64,000 nt of DNA, from the IMG/VR virus record IMGVR_UViG_3300013383_000002, positions 1 through 64,000 of that record; one strand, 5' to 3'. The notes under the pieces were generated by a model. That model was not told where the DNA came from. It worked only from the letters and a program-made list of their open reading frames with translations, and did no database searches. The DNA comes from a virus. Its lineage: Duplodnaviria > Caudoviricetes. The translations under genes were made by a program, and so were the position numbers. Positions 33,701 to 42,699 of this stretch are shown here, piece after piece. Numbering within the stretch: position 1 is the first letter of the stretch; each line of letters opens with the position of its first letter.

Positions 33701-33777
33701 GCGCGAACGGGTCGGCTACTATTGATTTAGAGACTCTTTCTCTTGACAATTTCGTTATTGATGGTGGAAGTTGGTAA
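30739..33777 (+). CDS. Ser/Thr-rich multi-beta-sandwich virion protein (tail fibre/receptor-binding-like)
   Basis: 1012 aa, S/T/Y-rich, FN3/Ig-like segments, last large gene of the tail module. Confidence 0.55.
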   Translation: MATTGYFDGTKTSRGWYARLEWSYTQGTATTITLTLKVYNGTSPSYNNTANSAYYLLAGNKVYKTFSWTSVGWNTLGSTTVTVDGSKTSYSASAQWVSGVSSTYTPASLSVNGTISFPACTTAVGAPSGGYVRTPYFDKGAIVPPASTDMTVAWWPASDGNGGNTVSSYKIYFLISSNGANPTETNYTKVFTTTDLTRETDGAIKRTFTLPISTSQRGQIIRTAVQAIGSLGSNSGLAICSTTLTVNKKPSPPTGPSTLFYGSSYQTCHPEIIAGNSNDASQEVSLYYSAPGSSTKNQYLSSTSFLLTATAQTYTFYTFDGLEYSDGFTCTISKNTKAIISNVTLTVSETATTKNPNFSTTSLYATKVKISATSSKTDGRFTVGIKYQDYSSSPSSYDKKIVIQEIDGGSIENKEVSVLDYLPYGVSYGIYLIYNDGVENSAEAFIDTAQSKKLSIAPYPVLQKTYNQFAFSNISGTNENEFWNKIRFCYSYDSTFEGDKTRFFLSGNSLEIIDTQVGKDAGNQYLCYDATFPDTIPTGTYNLQASLYDARHQDSSVTTISKTEAKTINSILPILTSATQLDVFTGETSDTFTFSFTKFYADGETMADWSISSLASSVTPYFSYDGTLYEITSFTVQANASEDLVRIILPKSAIPQVFSSFQNKNGIYSMNPVIKITNLYGREFVFTGTALVGINFNAAPTITFEKENVKYRYNNTNYSLGNNPIRETLILCFSPVIKAYNGSQINFFVDISRTAASGPWTVFSKGSCSKVGIPSYNTPITISSEGIGQTIVKEITDSNNCWFRIRINDGYNNEVTSSIVGPFSRAKHTPMDLSLSDISYASQKISFNYKINDLGLEQSSLTDGTVVIQHSAGALQDTSAQIAWVPHSLTWSSFYTGSSSSVSYTLSGNFEYVRAKMTTLVTTDYPSGLSITTRKISYSNSSLVYNVTPTFAIRRNQLGVNVVEPTDYADGAIVIGASTGKKLVYFLSANGSATIDLETLSLDNFVIDGGSW

Positions 33778-33778
33778 T

Positions 33779-33807
33779 TTGAAATTCTTTTGTTTTTTTG
33801 ATATAAT
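33779..33807 (+). promoter_or_regulatory. sigma-A-type promoter with extended -10
   Basis: TTGAAA, 17 bp, TG-n-TATAAT. Confidence 0.75.
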
Positions 33808-33827
33808 AAAATAAAGGAGTTGATAGA

Positions 33828-34211
33828 ATGAATATTACGATGGGACAAGTTCTTGCGCTGAACACTGAACAGCCCACTTTTGAAAAGCTTTGTTTGCCAA
33901 TCAGAACATCTTATAAATTAGCAAAGCTTTTCGCGGCAGCCGATAAAGAAGTAAGTTTTTATAAGAAGAAAATGCAAGAGATTATCATGCTTTTTTCTGT
34001 CAAGGATGATAAGGGAAATCCGGTATATGCAGAGGACGGGAGTTATATCAAAGTTCTCCCAGAAAAGATGCCTGAATGCCAAAATGAGATTCATCAATTG
34101 AATACTCTTGAAATTGAAATGCCAAATATTACTTTTATTCTTGATGATTTCGGCGAGGTAAATCTTTCCACCGAAAGTCTTAGAGCAATCTTACCCTTTA
34201 TTCAAGAGTAA
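33828..34211 (+). CDS. hypothetical protein
   Basis: 127-aa ORF with AAGGAG RBS and its own promoter. Confidence 0.7.
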   Translation: MNITMGQVLALNTEQPTFEKLCLPIRTSYKLAKLFAAADKEVSFYKKKMQEIIMLFSVKDDKGNPVYAEDGSYIKVLPEKMPECQNEIHQLNTLEIEMPNITFILDDFGEVNLSTESLRAILPFIQE

Positions 34212-34223
34212 CACATAAAAAAG

Positions 34224-34282
34224 AGAAGACCAAACTTGTGATGTTTTACTAAACTTCTTACAAGCTTGGTCTTCTTATTTTA
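34224..34282. terminator. long inverted repeat, probable terminator
   Basis: AGAAGACCAAACTTGT ... ACAAGCTTGGTCTTCT flanked by A and T runs. Confidence 0.55.
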
Positions 34283-34335
34283 TTCGTCAGCAAATGCGGT
34301 CTCTTATATATAGAAAGAGTAAAGGAGGAAAAGAA

Positions 34336-34665
34336 ATGGCTGGATATAATCCTTATCAAACAAATTCATATCAAGCAATTCAATTCTTTCCGCAACCACA
34401 AGGTAATGTTTATATGATAAATAATTCTATGGAAATCGCTAATATTCCGGTCGGAGGAGGAATTTCTGTTGCTTTGTGCCCTAGTGAATCTTTGATGTTC
34501 TTGAAATCGATGCAAAATGGTGCGCCAACGCTTCTAGCCTACACTTTGACGCCATGTGAAACTCGTCCTAATCAGTCCTCTGATGAACGGGTGGTGGCAC
34601 TTGAAAAAGAAGTGGCTGAACTAAAAAAGCAGCTAAAAGGAGGAAAACTAAGTAATGAACTTTAA
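34336..34665 (+). CDS. hypothetical protein
   Basis: AAGGAGG RBS before ATG 34336; coiled-coil C-terminus. Confidence 0.65.
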   Translation: MAGYNPYQTNSYQAIQFFPQPQGNVYMINNSMEIANIPVGGGISVALCPSESLMFLKSMQNGAPTLLAYTLTPCETRPNQSSDERVVALEKEVAELKKQLKGGKLSNEL

Positions 34666-34790
34666 TCCATTACAAATGATGATGCAAATGGGTCAAAAAC
34701 AACAACAACCTCAAATTCAAAATCCACCTCTCGACCCGCAACGCTTTCGCCAAATGGCACCAAAATTGACAAAAGAAAATCAAATTATAC
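34655..34790 (+). pseudogene. Gln/Met-rich small gene, apparently truncated
   Basis: Good RBS and start, but after about 44 codons the frame runs through a terminator hairpin into the antisense of the ruvC-like gene. Confidence 0.45.
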
Positions 34791-34791
34791 T

Positions 34792-34826
34792 AAAAGAGGA
34801 GAGGAGCTTAGGCTCCTCTCTTTTCT
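34792..34826. terminator. bidirectional terminator at the convergence of the two genome arms
   Basis: GAGAGGAGC-TTAG-GCTCCTCTC with A-rich and T-rich flanks. Confidence 0.8.
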
Positions 34827-35548
34827 CATTCCCATTGAACAATTTCTTTTTTAGGAAAATTTCTGTCCGAAACAAATTTACCAATTCCAATGGCATCTGC
34901 GCAGTCATCATTTACACTCACGTCATACCATTGTTTTACAAGGTTTTTCATAGAGGCTTTTCGGTCGCTTCTTGAACGCCCTTTTACTCCACAGTGCGCG
35001 CGCCATGTATTTGTGGGACAAACTTCGAATGGAACATCTCGCGCGAAGCAAGTTTCCATCAAAATTCCTTGAAGACGCGCCAATGTTTGGAACGTTGTAA
35101 CACCATAGTTCTGCTCATATTGAATTCCCTCAATACCAACAAAATCAATTTCAAAAGTTGAAATAATTGACATCATCCATTCTTTTATGCGATGGTCTCG
35201 CGCGATTTCATCAGTGTCTTCGGGCGCGTCAAAATATCCATACTTTATTAGTTTTTTATCTTCAAAGATTGAAAAGCCACTACGCTTCGTAGCTTGGTCA
35301 AGTCCAAGAACACGAAAACTTCCTTTTTTCTTTGGAATCACTTCTAATTTTATTTCTTTATAGGGATTATCTTTACAAAGAGGGCACTCGCGCCGTGTAC
35401 GAATTTTCTTCCATGGCGCGAACACCTGATGTCCCTCTGTGCAAGTAAACTCCATTATGGTATCAAGATTTTTATATTCTGTAGAAATGAGCTTCCAGCC
35501 GTCTTTTTCAATTTCGGCTTTTATGTCGTCTAGTTGTATCTTAGCCAT
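34826..35548 (-). CDS. ruvC: RuvC-like Holliday junction resolvase with N-terminal zinc ribbon
   Basis: VLGLDQAT, VGIE and DDCADAIGIG catalytic motifs; C..GH...CPLC in the N-terminal part. Confidence 0.8.
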   Translation of the reverse strand: MAKIQLDDIKAEIEKDGWKLISTEYKNLDTIMEFTCTEGHQVFAPWKKIRTRRECPLCKDNPYKEIKLEVIPKKKGSFRVLGLDQATKRSGFSIFEDKKLIKYGYFDAPEDTDEIARDHRIKEWMMSIISTFEIDFVGIEGIQYEQNYGVTTFQTLARLQGILMETCFARDVPFEVCPTNTWRAHCGVKGRSRSDRKASMKNLVKQWYDVSVNDDCADAIGIGKFVSDRNFPKKEIVQWE

Positions 35549-35565
35549 TCGCTCACTTCCGCTAT

Positions 35566-36468
35566 TTACTTTAGATTAGTGGAACCAAAACCTCCGCTAC
35601 CCCTTTCTGTATCATCAAGATTTTCGACTTGGAAGAGGACTGCCTTGGGGACTTCCATTAGGACAAGTTGCGCGAATTTTTCGCCTTTTCCAATTACCAT
35701 ATCGCTGCCTCTAAGAATTGAAGTGATAACTGGACGGCCTTTATCATCAAAGTCATAAGTGATGTCCTTAATAGGCGGCTCGATATTTTCCATGATTACT
35801 TGGAGTTCCCCTCTAAATCCAGCATCGATAGTCGCCGGAGTGTTGGCAATTCTCATCTTCGTCTTGAGGGCGCGACCGCTCTTTGGACGAATCTGAATTT
35901 CATATCCGTTTGGAACTGCCATCTTGATACCAGTAGGAATAAGCTTTGTTTCGCCCGGATGAATTATGTAGTCATCAAGAGCGAAAACATCCATTCCACT
36001 ATCGTCTGGATGTGCGTATTCAGGCATTCGCGCATCGGGGTGACACTTTACAAATGGGATTTGAATATAGCGCTTTGCAATACCCTCTGTTTCACTAATA
36101 GCGGTATTAATGCCGCGCAAGAGCTTTTTGAGAAAATCTCTCTTTGGCGCAGTTAGTTCAGTAATTGCGTCAATCTCATTCACCAATTGAAGAAATTCAT
36201 CCTGAACACTTTCTGCTGTAGTGCCCGCAGCATTGATAGACTGCGCGAGCATTAGACGAACATTTGCGGTGTTGAGACTGCGCAAGAAACTGTCTAAAAT
36301 ACCAGGAGATACCAATTCAAACTGAGCGTCATCCATTGTAAGTAATAGGGCAATAGCGTCAATAGAATTTTCACCAAGATTATCAAGTTGAGAAAGTACT
36401 TCACGTATTTCTTCGATTATTCCTTTAGAATTTTGTTCTATGCTATTTTCTTTTACTACTTCAATCAT
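35566..36468 (-). CDS. dut: trimeric dUTPase with about 130-aa N-terminal extension
   Basis: SGMD, RPKSG, TIDAGFRGE, AQLV and RGSGGFGST motifs I-V. Confidence 0.92.
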   Translation of the reverse strand: MIEVVKENSIEQNSKGIIEEIREVLSQLDNLGENSIDAIALLLTMDDAQFELVSPGILDSFLRSLNTANVRLMLAQSINAAGTTAESVQDEFLQLVNEIDAITELTAPKRDFLKKLLRGINTAISETEGIAKRYIQIPFVKCHPDARMPEYAHPDDSGMDVFALDDYIIHPGETKLIPTGIKMAVPNGYEIQIRPKSGRALKTKMRIANTPATIDAGFRGELQVIMENIEPPIKDITYDFDDKGRPVITSILRGSDMVIGKGEKFAQLVLMEVPKAVLFQVENLDDTERGSGGFGSTNLK

Positions 36469-36689
36469 TCAGCTTCTTCACCCCATAGAGAGCAATATGT
36501 CATTTGAATTTTAACAAGATACACCTCATCAACAATCTGTCCCTTTGCTTTCTTTGTTTTATAAGTGTAGCCCGCAGAGGTAATTTGAAAACCTTCCTCT
36601 CGTGCCTTCTGACGATATGTTTCAATAGTCTCTTTTGCTTCATTCTCGCTAAGAGTAATTAGTTCTTCTGTCTTTTTATATAAGGTCAT
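36465..36689 (-). CDS. hypothetical protein
   Basis: 74-aa coupled ORF with RBS. Confidence 0.65.
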   Translation of the reverse strand: MTLYKKTEELITLSENEAKETIETYRQKAREEGFQITSAGYTYKTKKAKGQIVDEVYLVKIQMTYCSLWGEEAE

Positions 36690-36691
36690 AG

Positions 36692-38465
36692 CTATTCTCC
36701 TTTTTTATAGCAAATTAGTTCTTTCGCATAGGGGAGTGTCTCAATCCAGTCACAAAACTCTCTCCACTCTGGGAGGCGATGATTCTTTCGCTGACGCCAG
36801 ATGTTTTTCAAACAACGATAGTTTGTAGTAAGCCGCGCAGTAAGCTCGAAACCAGGAGGAATATTATAGAGAATTTTGAGATAGAGTTCTTTCATCTGAT
36901 TTTCTCTTGAGGTATTTTTACCTTCTAGCTTTTGAAGTCGATTATACTCATCAATCTTCTTCTGAACAATATCAATAATACACGGATCAACATAACGATT
37001 ACATTGTTTCTTTAGGTCAAATTTTGTAATACGATGCATTGTACTTTCTGTCTTGAATACCCTCGGTTTCCCGATATTTATTAGGGGAGTAGACTATCTC
37101 TTCATCCTCAAAAGGATGCTGTGCGCTACGGGGTGAAATTTCATCATCCCCTCTCTGATTACGTTGTAATCAATTTAGTCGTTACACTTTCTTCTTTCAT
37201 GATTTTATCAATATTATCTTCTAGGTTACAAAGCTTGTAAAGATGCCAGCCACCTGCCGTCTTAGAAGTACCTCGGACGACATTGCCAACACCACGACCA
37301 TTTACGTTATATTGTCGGCCAAATTCCATAGCATTATCGCATAAAACTCTTTCATTGCCTTTTTCAAGAATAAATAATTTTTTTCTTGTGGTGTTTGTGC
37401 TTTGAACGCTTTGAGTGGTTATTCTTAGATTATCTTTTGTATAGCCTTTATTTACATCTATTCTATCAAAAGTAGAATTTCTAAGACCATATATTTTTGC
37501 ATGGGCTTCTATCTCTTCATGGAAATCATAATATAAATCTATTGCAAATTCATAGTCGCAAGTTATTTGTCTTGCTCCATAATGTGAATAGTTATTATTC
37601 ATCGGATTTCCACATCGTTGTTTGATATTTTGAAAACGCTCAGCTATCACTGACTTAATTTCTGAATCTGGAAGATTTTTCAAACAACGAATTACATGCG
37701 CATGACTGTGACAATCAGCAATCTGTAAAGACCGCAATAGAAGTTTTTCCTTTGTTCCGCATCGCTTACAATGCAGATTATAAGAGAAACTATCCCTTGA
37801 GTCAACTACATAGTCACCAATTTCTTGGCCAATAAAAGAATTATAATAATTATCTTTACAATTCATCCCGTTATGAAGTAATCCCTTTTTCTTTTTCAGA
37901 CTCGTTTCATAATTATATTTATCTATTTCTTTTATATGACCACAAATCCGGCATTTTATTACATAATAAATTTTATTATTTTTCTTCAGACGGTCAATTA
38001 TGTCAAAATCCATTTTTTCACCTCCTTATAAATTTATTCTCATGAAAGAAGCTTAGCACGGTATTATCATATCCTCTATAGGACTTAGATTCCCTTACTC
38101 ATAATGTAATTGCTTACTTCTGAACCGTTAGCCAGATAAACTGACACCTTTTATTAAAAGTTCACACAGTTATAATATAATATATTACTATATTATACGC
38201 CCAAATTTAAGCTGACAAAATCTAAAAACCGATAACGTTCTGCCTCAATCCACGCTTTATTAGAAAAGCGTAAGTCAAAACTCACGAGAATACCCGTAAG
38301 AAACTGGTCATGCGCACCAACCCAATCCGCTGCGCGAGATAGCCCTTTTGCTCGTTTCATGGTGGCTTCCTCTGTTTCTTCCCACTCAGTTGAGGTCCTC
38401 ATTGGATACCCAGAAGCATGAAGACTTTCTTCTAAGTCATAAACCTTTACATTTTCAACTCGCAT
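36692..38465 (-). CDS. thyX: ThyX-like FAD-dependent thymidylate synthase, spliced (exons 38465..38211 or 38210, and 37051 or 37050..36692)
   Basis: H..FL, E.ERY...S.ESTMH and TNYR...RKNH..PEW pattern of phage ThyX-like proteins; reading frame restored by intron removal. Confidence 0.72.
37052..38210 (-). mobile_element. group I intron in thyX (1159 nt; junction ambiguous by 1 nt) with HNH-type endonuclease
   Basis: P3 CTGTGTG/CGCACAG, CTAACGGT...ATACCGTGCTAAG, P7 GACTA/TAGTC, P9 with GAAA loop. Confidence 0.88.
37159..38013 (-). CDS. intron-encoded HNH-family homing endonuclease
   Basis: IKQRC...YGARQI...DRIDVNKGYTKDNLR; N-terminal CxxC pairs; AGGAGG RBS. Confidence 0.82.
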   Translation of the reverse strand: MDFDIIDRLKKNNKIYYVIKCRICGHIKEIDKYNYETSLKKKKGLLHNGMNCKDNYYNSFIGQEIGDYVVDSRDSFSYNLHCKRCGTKEKLLLRSLQIADCHSHAHVIRCLKNLPDSEIKSVIAERFQNIKQRCGNPMNNNYSHYGARQITCDYEFAIDLYYDFHEEIEAHAKIYGLRNSTFDRIDVNKGYTKDNLRITTQSVQSTNTTRKKLFILEKGNERVLCDNAMEFGRQYNVNGRGVGNVVRGTSKTAGGWHLYKLCNLEDNIDKIMKEESVTTKLITT

Positions 38466-38884
38466 TAGATAATTTTCTCCTTCACATAGTTTCCATCTTC
38501 GTTCAAGTAATAGACCGTCTTTATTCCCAAATCTCGTATCAGTCGCGCGCACGCCGCGCAGGGTCTGCTACAGCCTCTTTCTCCATTTTTGTGTTCTCTA
38601 TAAACATAGATATTGACTTTATCCCATTCAATATCTTTTCCAATAAGAGGAGAAAGTGCAGCGACCTCTGCGTGTTCTCGCGCGATTGAATTCTCGTAGT
38701 CATCAAAATTTCGATAAATATTATAACGGTGCTGAAGAGGACGAGTTTTCTGACTATTACAAGCAGAAGAAAGAATCCTATTGCCACTAACAACAACCGC
38801 GCCGACCTTTGTCTGCTTGAAATCAGATAAATAACTGACTTCACGCGCGATATTGAAAAAGCGTTCCTCTTTGTGCGTCATCAA
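38465..38884 (-). CDS. cytidine/deoxycytidylate deaminase family protein
   Basis: VGAVVV, HAE and PCAAC zinc-binding motifs. Confidence 0.85.
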   Translation of the reverse strand: MMTHKEERFFNIAREVSYLSDFKQTKVGAVVVSGNRILSSACNSQKTRPLQHRYNIYRNFDDYENSIAREHAEVAALSPLIGKDIEWDKVNIYVYREHKNGERGCSRPCAACARLIRDLGIKTVYYLNEDGNYVKEKII

Positions 38885-38926
38885 ACTAATCCCCTTTACT
38901 CTTTATAAAAATATTATACCAAAATT

Positions 38927-39142
38927 TTAGTTTTTTTCAAATTCTTGTTTTGCTTGTAGATAGCCATTTGTATATGCATCTTTCAATGCCTTTTGGACGT
39001 TAGTCCAGACACTAGGGAAAAGACGCATTATGACATAGGAAAATTTTATCGGATAGTCAGTTGGATAGAGAAGCAAACTTTCTGAAAGTTTTGTAATCTT
39101 TTCTTTTGTCGTGGTGACTTCATTTATTTCTTTACTTTCCAT
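38927..39142 (-). CDS. hypothetical protein
   Basis: 71-aa ORF with RBS. Confidence 0.6.
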   Translation of the reverse strand: MESKEINEVTTTKEKITKLSESLLLYPTDYPIKFSYVIMRLFPSVWTNVQKALKDAYTNGYLQAKQEFEKN

Positions 39143-39153
39143 ATTATTCCTCT

Positions 39154-41379
39154 TTAGTTACAGTGAGAGTAACCGCATTCCTTACAGATATCGCAACCGC
39201 CGCTATGCTCCAAAACCGCGCCGCACTCTGGACAACGCTCTCCGAACTTTTGTGATTTCTTTTTCTTTGGTTCCTCTAAATATCCCAATTCTTCTTGAAC
39301 TTCTTTCCACATATCCATCAGTGCATTGCCTATTGCCATTGGGCAACACGCGCCCTTAGATGTATCATGCTTTGTGGCTGTCCTAATAGCATAACTAGGA
39401 CAAGCACCAGTTGAATTGAGCTGGTCTTGGATATCATTTATGCTAACTCCAGCTCTACAGGCAAGAGAAACCATTCGAGACAATCCGACCATATAATTGG
39501 AGCATCCCCCCAAACTACCTTTTGTAAAGAACACTTCAACTAAATCACCATAAACTGGTTCAAAGAACCCAAGAACATGAGTTGAGCCGCAGCCATTGAT
39601 TATCTTTCTTTTTTTACCAATCAAATCATCCGCGCATTTCATAACTTCTCCGCGCTTCAATTCCTTATGAGAAGTCTCTTCTTTTTTGTTTTCGGTAGTC
39701 AAGATGCCGAGACGCTTACAACCATCCCTAAACATGGTAATACCTTTACAACCAGATGACCAAGCAAGTAGGTACATATGTGCAATATCATCTTTGGTTG
39801 CAGAATTCGGCATATTTACTGTAGAGCTAATTGCTGTGTCAACGTGTTTTTGCATCGCTGCTTGTGTTAGAACTCTACTTTGCCAAGAAATATCAGCTGA
39901 ACCGACAAAATAATTTGGTAGCTCTTTTGTATTGTTTATTTCCATATACTCGCATGCTGCCTTACAATAAACATCATAATAGGTATCTTCCCCATCTGTC
40001 ATACCTACCGTTCTTCTTGTATATTTTAGCGCAAATTCCGGTTCGCAGCCTCCGCTTTCTCCTAGTAAAGTAGCTAGTGAACCGGTTGGAGCAACTGAAA
40101 CTAAACTACAATTTCTTAGCCCGTATTCTTTTAGTCCAGTTATTTCATCTGGAGTAAAATGTAGTTTTATAATGTCGCTATCAAAAATTTCTTCCTTATA
40201 TTTTGGATACGGCCCAAATTCCTTTGCTAACTTATTGCTTGCTAAAACAGCGCGTCTAAAGATAAGAGAGAAGACATCATCTGTAAATTCAATAGCCTCC
40301 GGTGAGCCATACTTAAATCCTAATTTCATAAGAGCAGTAGCATAACCAAAAATACCTAAACCAATGTTTCTATAATTATAGGACATTTCTCTTTGTTGTT
40401 GTAATGGATGTCTATTATAATTTTCATCAATAAGTTTATCAAGAGTTCTAATTCCGACGTCAATTGCCGATAATAAATCTGCTGTATTTAGATGAGCTTG
40501 CAGAGTATATGGATTCACAATAAATTCAGAAAGATTCAGAGAAGATAGACAGCAGGCACCGTGCTTTGGAAGAGGCTGCTCGCCACAGGGATTACAAGTT
40601 TCAATCTCGTAGTCTTTATCAAATTGCATCAAATTATAATTTCTAAATCTATTGATGAAAAGACAAGCTGGGTCAGCCCAATCATAGCAATTATCAACTA
40701 GCATTTTGAAAATTTCAATAGGTGTAACATCATATTCTATTTCATGCCCAGAGTAGTTTCGCTTTTCGTGCAGCGTTACAACCTCTCCAGTGTCATAATA
40801 TTTCTCAACAGCTCGCATAAATTCGTCATCAAGTTCAAGAGACAAATTGGCTTTTTCAATTTCCCCTTCTTTTGACTTTATTTTTATAAAAGTCTCTGCT
40901 TCTTTATGCCGTGCGTCAATAGAAAGCATTAGCGCACCCTTGCGCGCGCCTCCTTGTGAAGTTCCCGCTGTGACTTCATTGAAAATTTTCATAAAAGGAA
41001 CAATTCCATCAGAATAGTATTCAGTTTTTATTGGAGTTCCCTTTGGGCGTAATTTTGTAAGAGAAATTCCTTGGCCGCCTTGTGCTTTGAAAGTAATGCC
41101 AATGTCTTTTGCGGCATCCATAATATCATAATAGTCGTCTTCAACATAACCTCTTGAATAACAATTGAATAAACTGCCAGTATTATCTAGGCCTCTATTG
41201 GCTAAAGTACGCCCGCCCATCAAGAATTTTTTCTCGATAATTAGTTTTCGTAATTCATTATCTCCTGCACTTACTCTATCTAGCCATTCTTCAAAACTTT
41301 CATCATTGTGTCGATATTTACGTTGCCAGATGTCTTGCGCAAGTTGATTATTTTCTCCAAGCCAATCCTTTACGGTCAT
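39154..41379 (-). CDS. nrdJ: class II (adenosylcobalamin-dependent) ribonucleotide reductase
   Basis: FNC, QGGARKGA, NPCGEQ, C.LSSLNL, APTGS; C-terminal CCP domain and zinc ribbon; no beta-subunit gene nearby. Confidence 0.9.
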   Translation of the reverse strand: MTVKDWLGENNQLAQDIWQRKYRHNDESFEEWLDRVSAGDNELRKLIIEKKFLMGGRTLANRGLDNTGSLFNCYSRGYVEDDYYDIMDAAKDIGITFKAQGGQGISLTKLRPKGTPIKTEYYSDGIVPFMKIFNEVTAGTSQGGARKGALMLSIDARHKEAETFIKIKSKEGEIEKANLSLELDDEFMRAVEKYYDTGEVVTLHEKRNYSGHEIEYDVTPIEIFKMLVDNCYDWADPACLFINRFRNYNLMQFDKDYEIETCNPCGEQPLPKHGACCLSSLNLSEFIVNPYTLQAHLNTADLLSAIDVGIRTLDKLIDENYNRHPLQQQREMSYNYRNIGLGIFGYATALMKLGFKYGSPEAIEFTDDVFSLIFRRAVLASNKLAKEFGPYPKYKEEIFDSDIIKLHFTPDEITGLKEYGLRNCSLVSVAPTGSLATLLGESGGCEPEFALKYTRRTVGMTDGEDTYYDVYCKAACEYMEINNTKELPNYFVGSADISWQSRVLTQAAMQKHVDTAISSTVNMPNSATKDDIAHMYLLAWSSGCKGITMFRDGCKRLGILTTENKKEETSHKELKRGEVMKCADDLIGKKRKIINGCGSTHVLGFFEPVYGDLVEVFFTKGSLGGCSNYMVGLSRMVSLACRAGVSINDIQDQLNSTGACPSYAIRTATKHDTSKGACCPMAIGNALMDMWKEVQEELGYLEEPKKKKSQKFGERCPECGAVLEHSGGCDICKECGYSHCN

Positions 41380-41570
41380 TCTTTTTCCTCCGTGTAACAA
41401 TATTCACAATAGCCATTTATAAAATTGTGCTGACATTGTGCTTGAAGTTTTTTATTTTCTTCTAATAATTTAGCAACAGTATTATTTAGAGTGAATTTAT
41501 TTGGTGTTACTAACTGTTCAATAATACTATTATTTTCATCTATTTTTTGTTTTATTTCTAAATTAGTCAT
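41376..41570 (-). CDS. small hypothetical protein with C-H...CxxC motif
   Basis: 64-aa coupled ORF. Confidence 0.6.
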   Translation of the reverse strand: MTNLEIKQKIDENNSIIEQLVTPNKFTLNNTVAKLLEENKKLQAQCQHNFINGYCEYCYTEEKE

Positions 41571-42699
41571 TTATAAACATCTCCTTTTCATAGTGGACAG
41601 AGATTGTCTCGTAGAACATCTTGAAAAGTTCATAACTCTTTTCACGAATATATATAAAGCTTTTCCGATTTTCTTCAAGGGAAGTTTTTGGAGAGAGAGA
41701 TTTCTCTGTAAAAATTGGACCAGAATTATACTGAGATTTTGCTCTTAGGTAATAATATAATGTGGTCAGTTTTCTATCTTGGCTTTTTTGAAAAAATTCA
41801 TTCCAAAGTCGAAAAAGGTTTTCTAACTCTTGTGAAAATGGAGATTCTCTACCAAGAGTAAGTAGAAAATTTATCTTATGAGTAGATAAGTATAAACACT
41901 GTCTGTATACAATAGGTAGTGTTTCTAGGATTTGTTCATCACAAGATATTGTGGAGAACGGATTGTATATAATCTTCCGTGCAGTTCTAGCAGGGATATC
42001 ATCACATAGTTCTTTTACCATTTTATCAGGCATCAGGCCTTCATATTGAACTTGGAAAATACCTGAAAGAGGCGGAAGACTAAGCCATTCATAGAGTTTT
42101 TCTTTTGTGCTTACAATTGGCGGAAATTTCATCCCAATTGGCAGCACGTGAATTTTTTCAGGATTATTTACACCAAAACGAGAATTAGATAACTCTTTCA
42201 GGAAACTAACAGCTCCTTCAACTTGTCCAAGGTTATAATCATGAAGAATAATACCTGATGTTTTTGGAAGAATCTGCGCTTTGAGTTGCTTTTCCACAAA
42301 GCTATCAATACCATGGCCTTCACGCGAAAGACGTCCATGTCCTGCGCGTAAAATCCTCTTAAAAGTAGCCTCATCTGCTCCAAAGTAATCTTTATACTTT
42401 TCATATGGAGAGAAGTCTGGAATGACGCTCTCAATTTCTTTTGAAAAAGGAATATAGTTTTTTGATGATACAGCGCGGCCACCATATTCTACATTAGGCA
42501 AGAAAAGTTCCTTTGGATATAACTTATCTTCATAATCTTTTCTTACAAAAAAAGAATTATAGCGCTCTGGCTCCAAAATAGGAGCCAAAAGCGTTATGTC
42601 TCTTTTCTTTTTGTAATAAGCAAGGAGCTTCGCGCACTCAAGATTAGGCATCACATTCCAATAATGAAAAAAATCATAATCATGAATTCCAACTATCAT
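41563..42699 (-). CDS. hypothetical protein
   Basis: 378-aa ORF coupled to dnaE. Confidence 0.7.
   Translation of the reverse strand: MIVGIHDYDFFHYWNVMPNLECAKLLAYYKKKRDITLLAPILEPERYNSFFVRKDYEDKLYPKELFLPNVEYGGRAVSSKNYIPFSKEIESVIPDFSPYEKYKDYFGADEATFKRILRAGHGRLSREGHGIDSFVEKQLKAQILPKTSGIILHDYNLGQVEGAVSFLKELSNSRFGVNNPEKIHVLPIGMKFPPIVSTKEKLYEWLSLPPLSGIFQVQYEGLMPDKMVKELCDDIPARTARKIIYNPFSTISCDEQILETLPIVYRQCLYLSTHKINFLLTLGRESPFSQELENLFRLWNEFFQKSQDRKLTTLYYYLRAKSQYNSGPIFTEKSLSPKTSLEENRKSFIYIREKSYELFKMFYETISVHYEKEMFIND

Noticed and set aside
24795-33777. Diversity-generating retroelement target in the tail genes
   Set aside because: No reverse transcriptase and no template/variable repeat pair seen in the window
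39154-41379. Intron or intein in the ribonucleotide reductase
   Set aside because: The ORF is continuous with normal motif spacing
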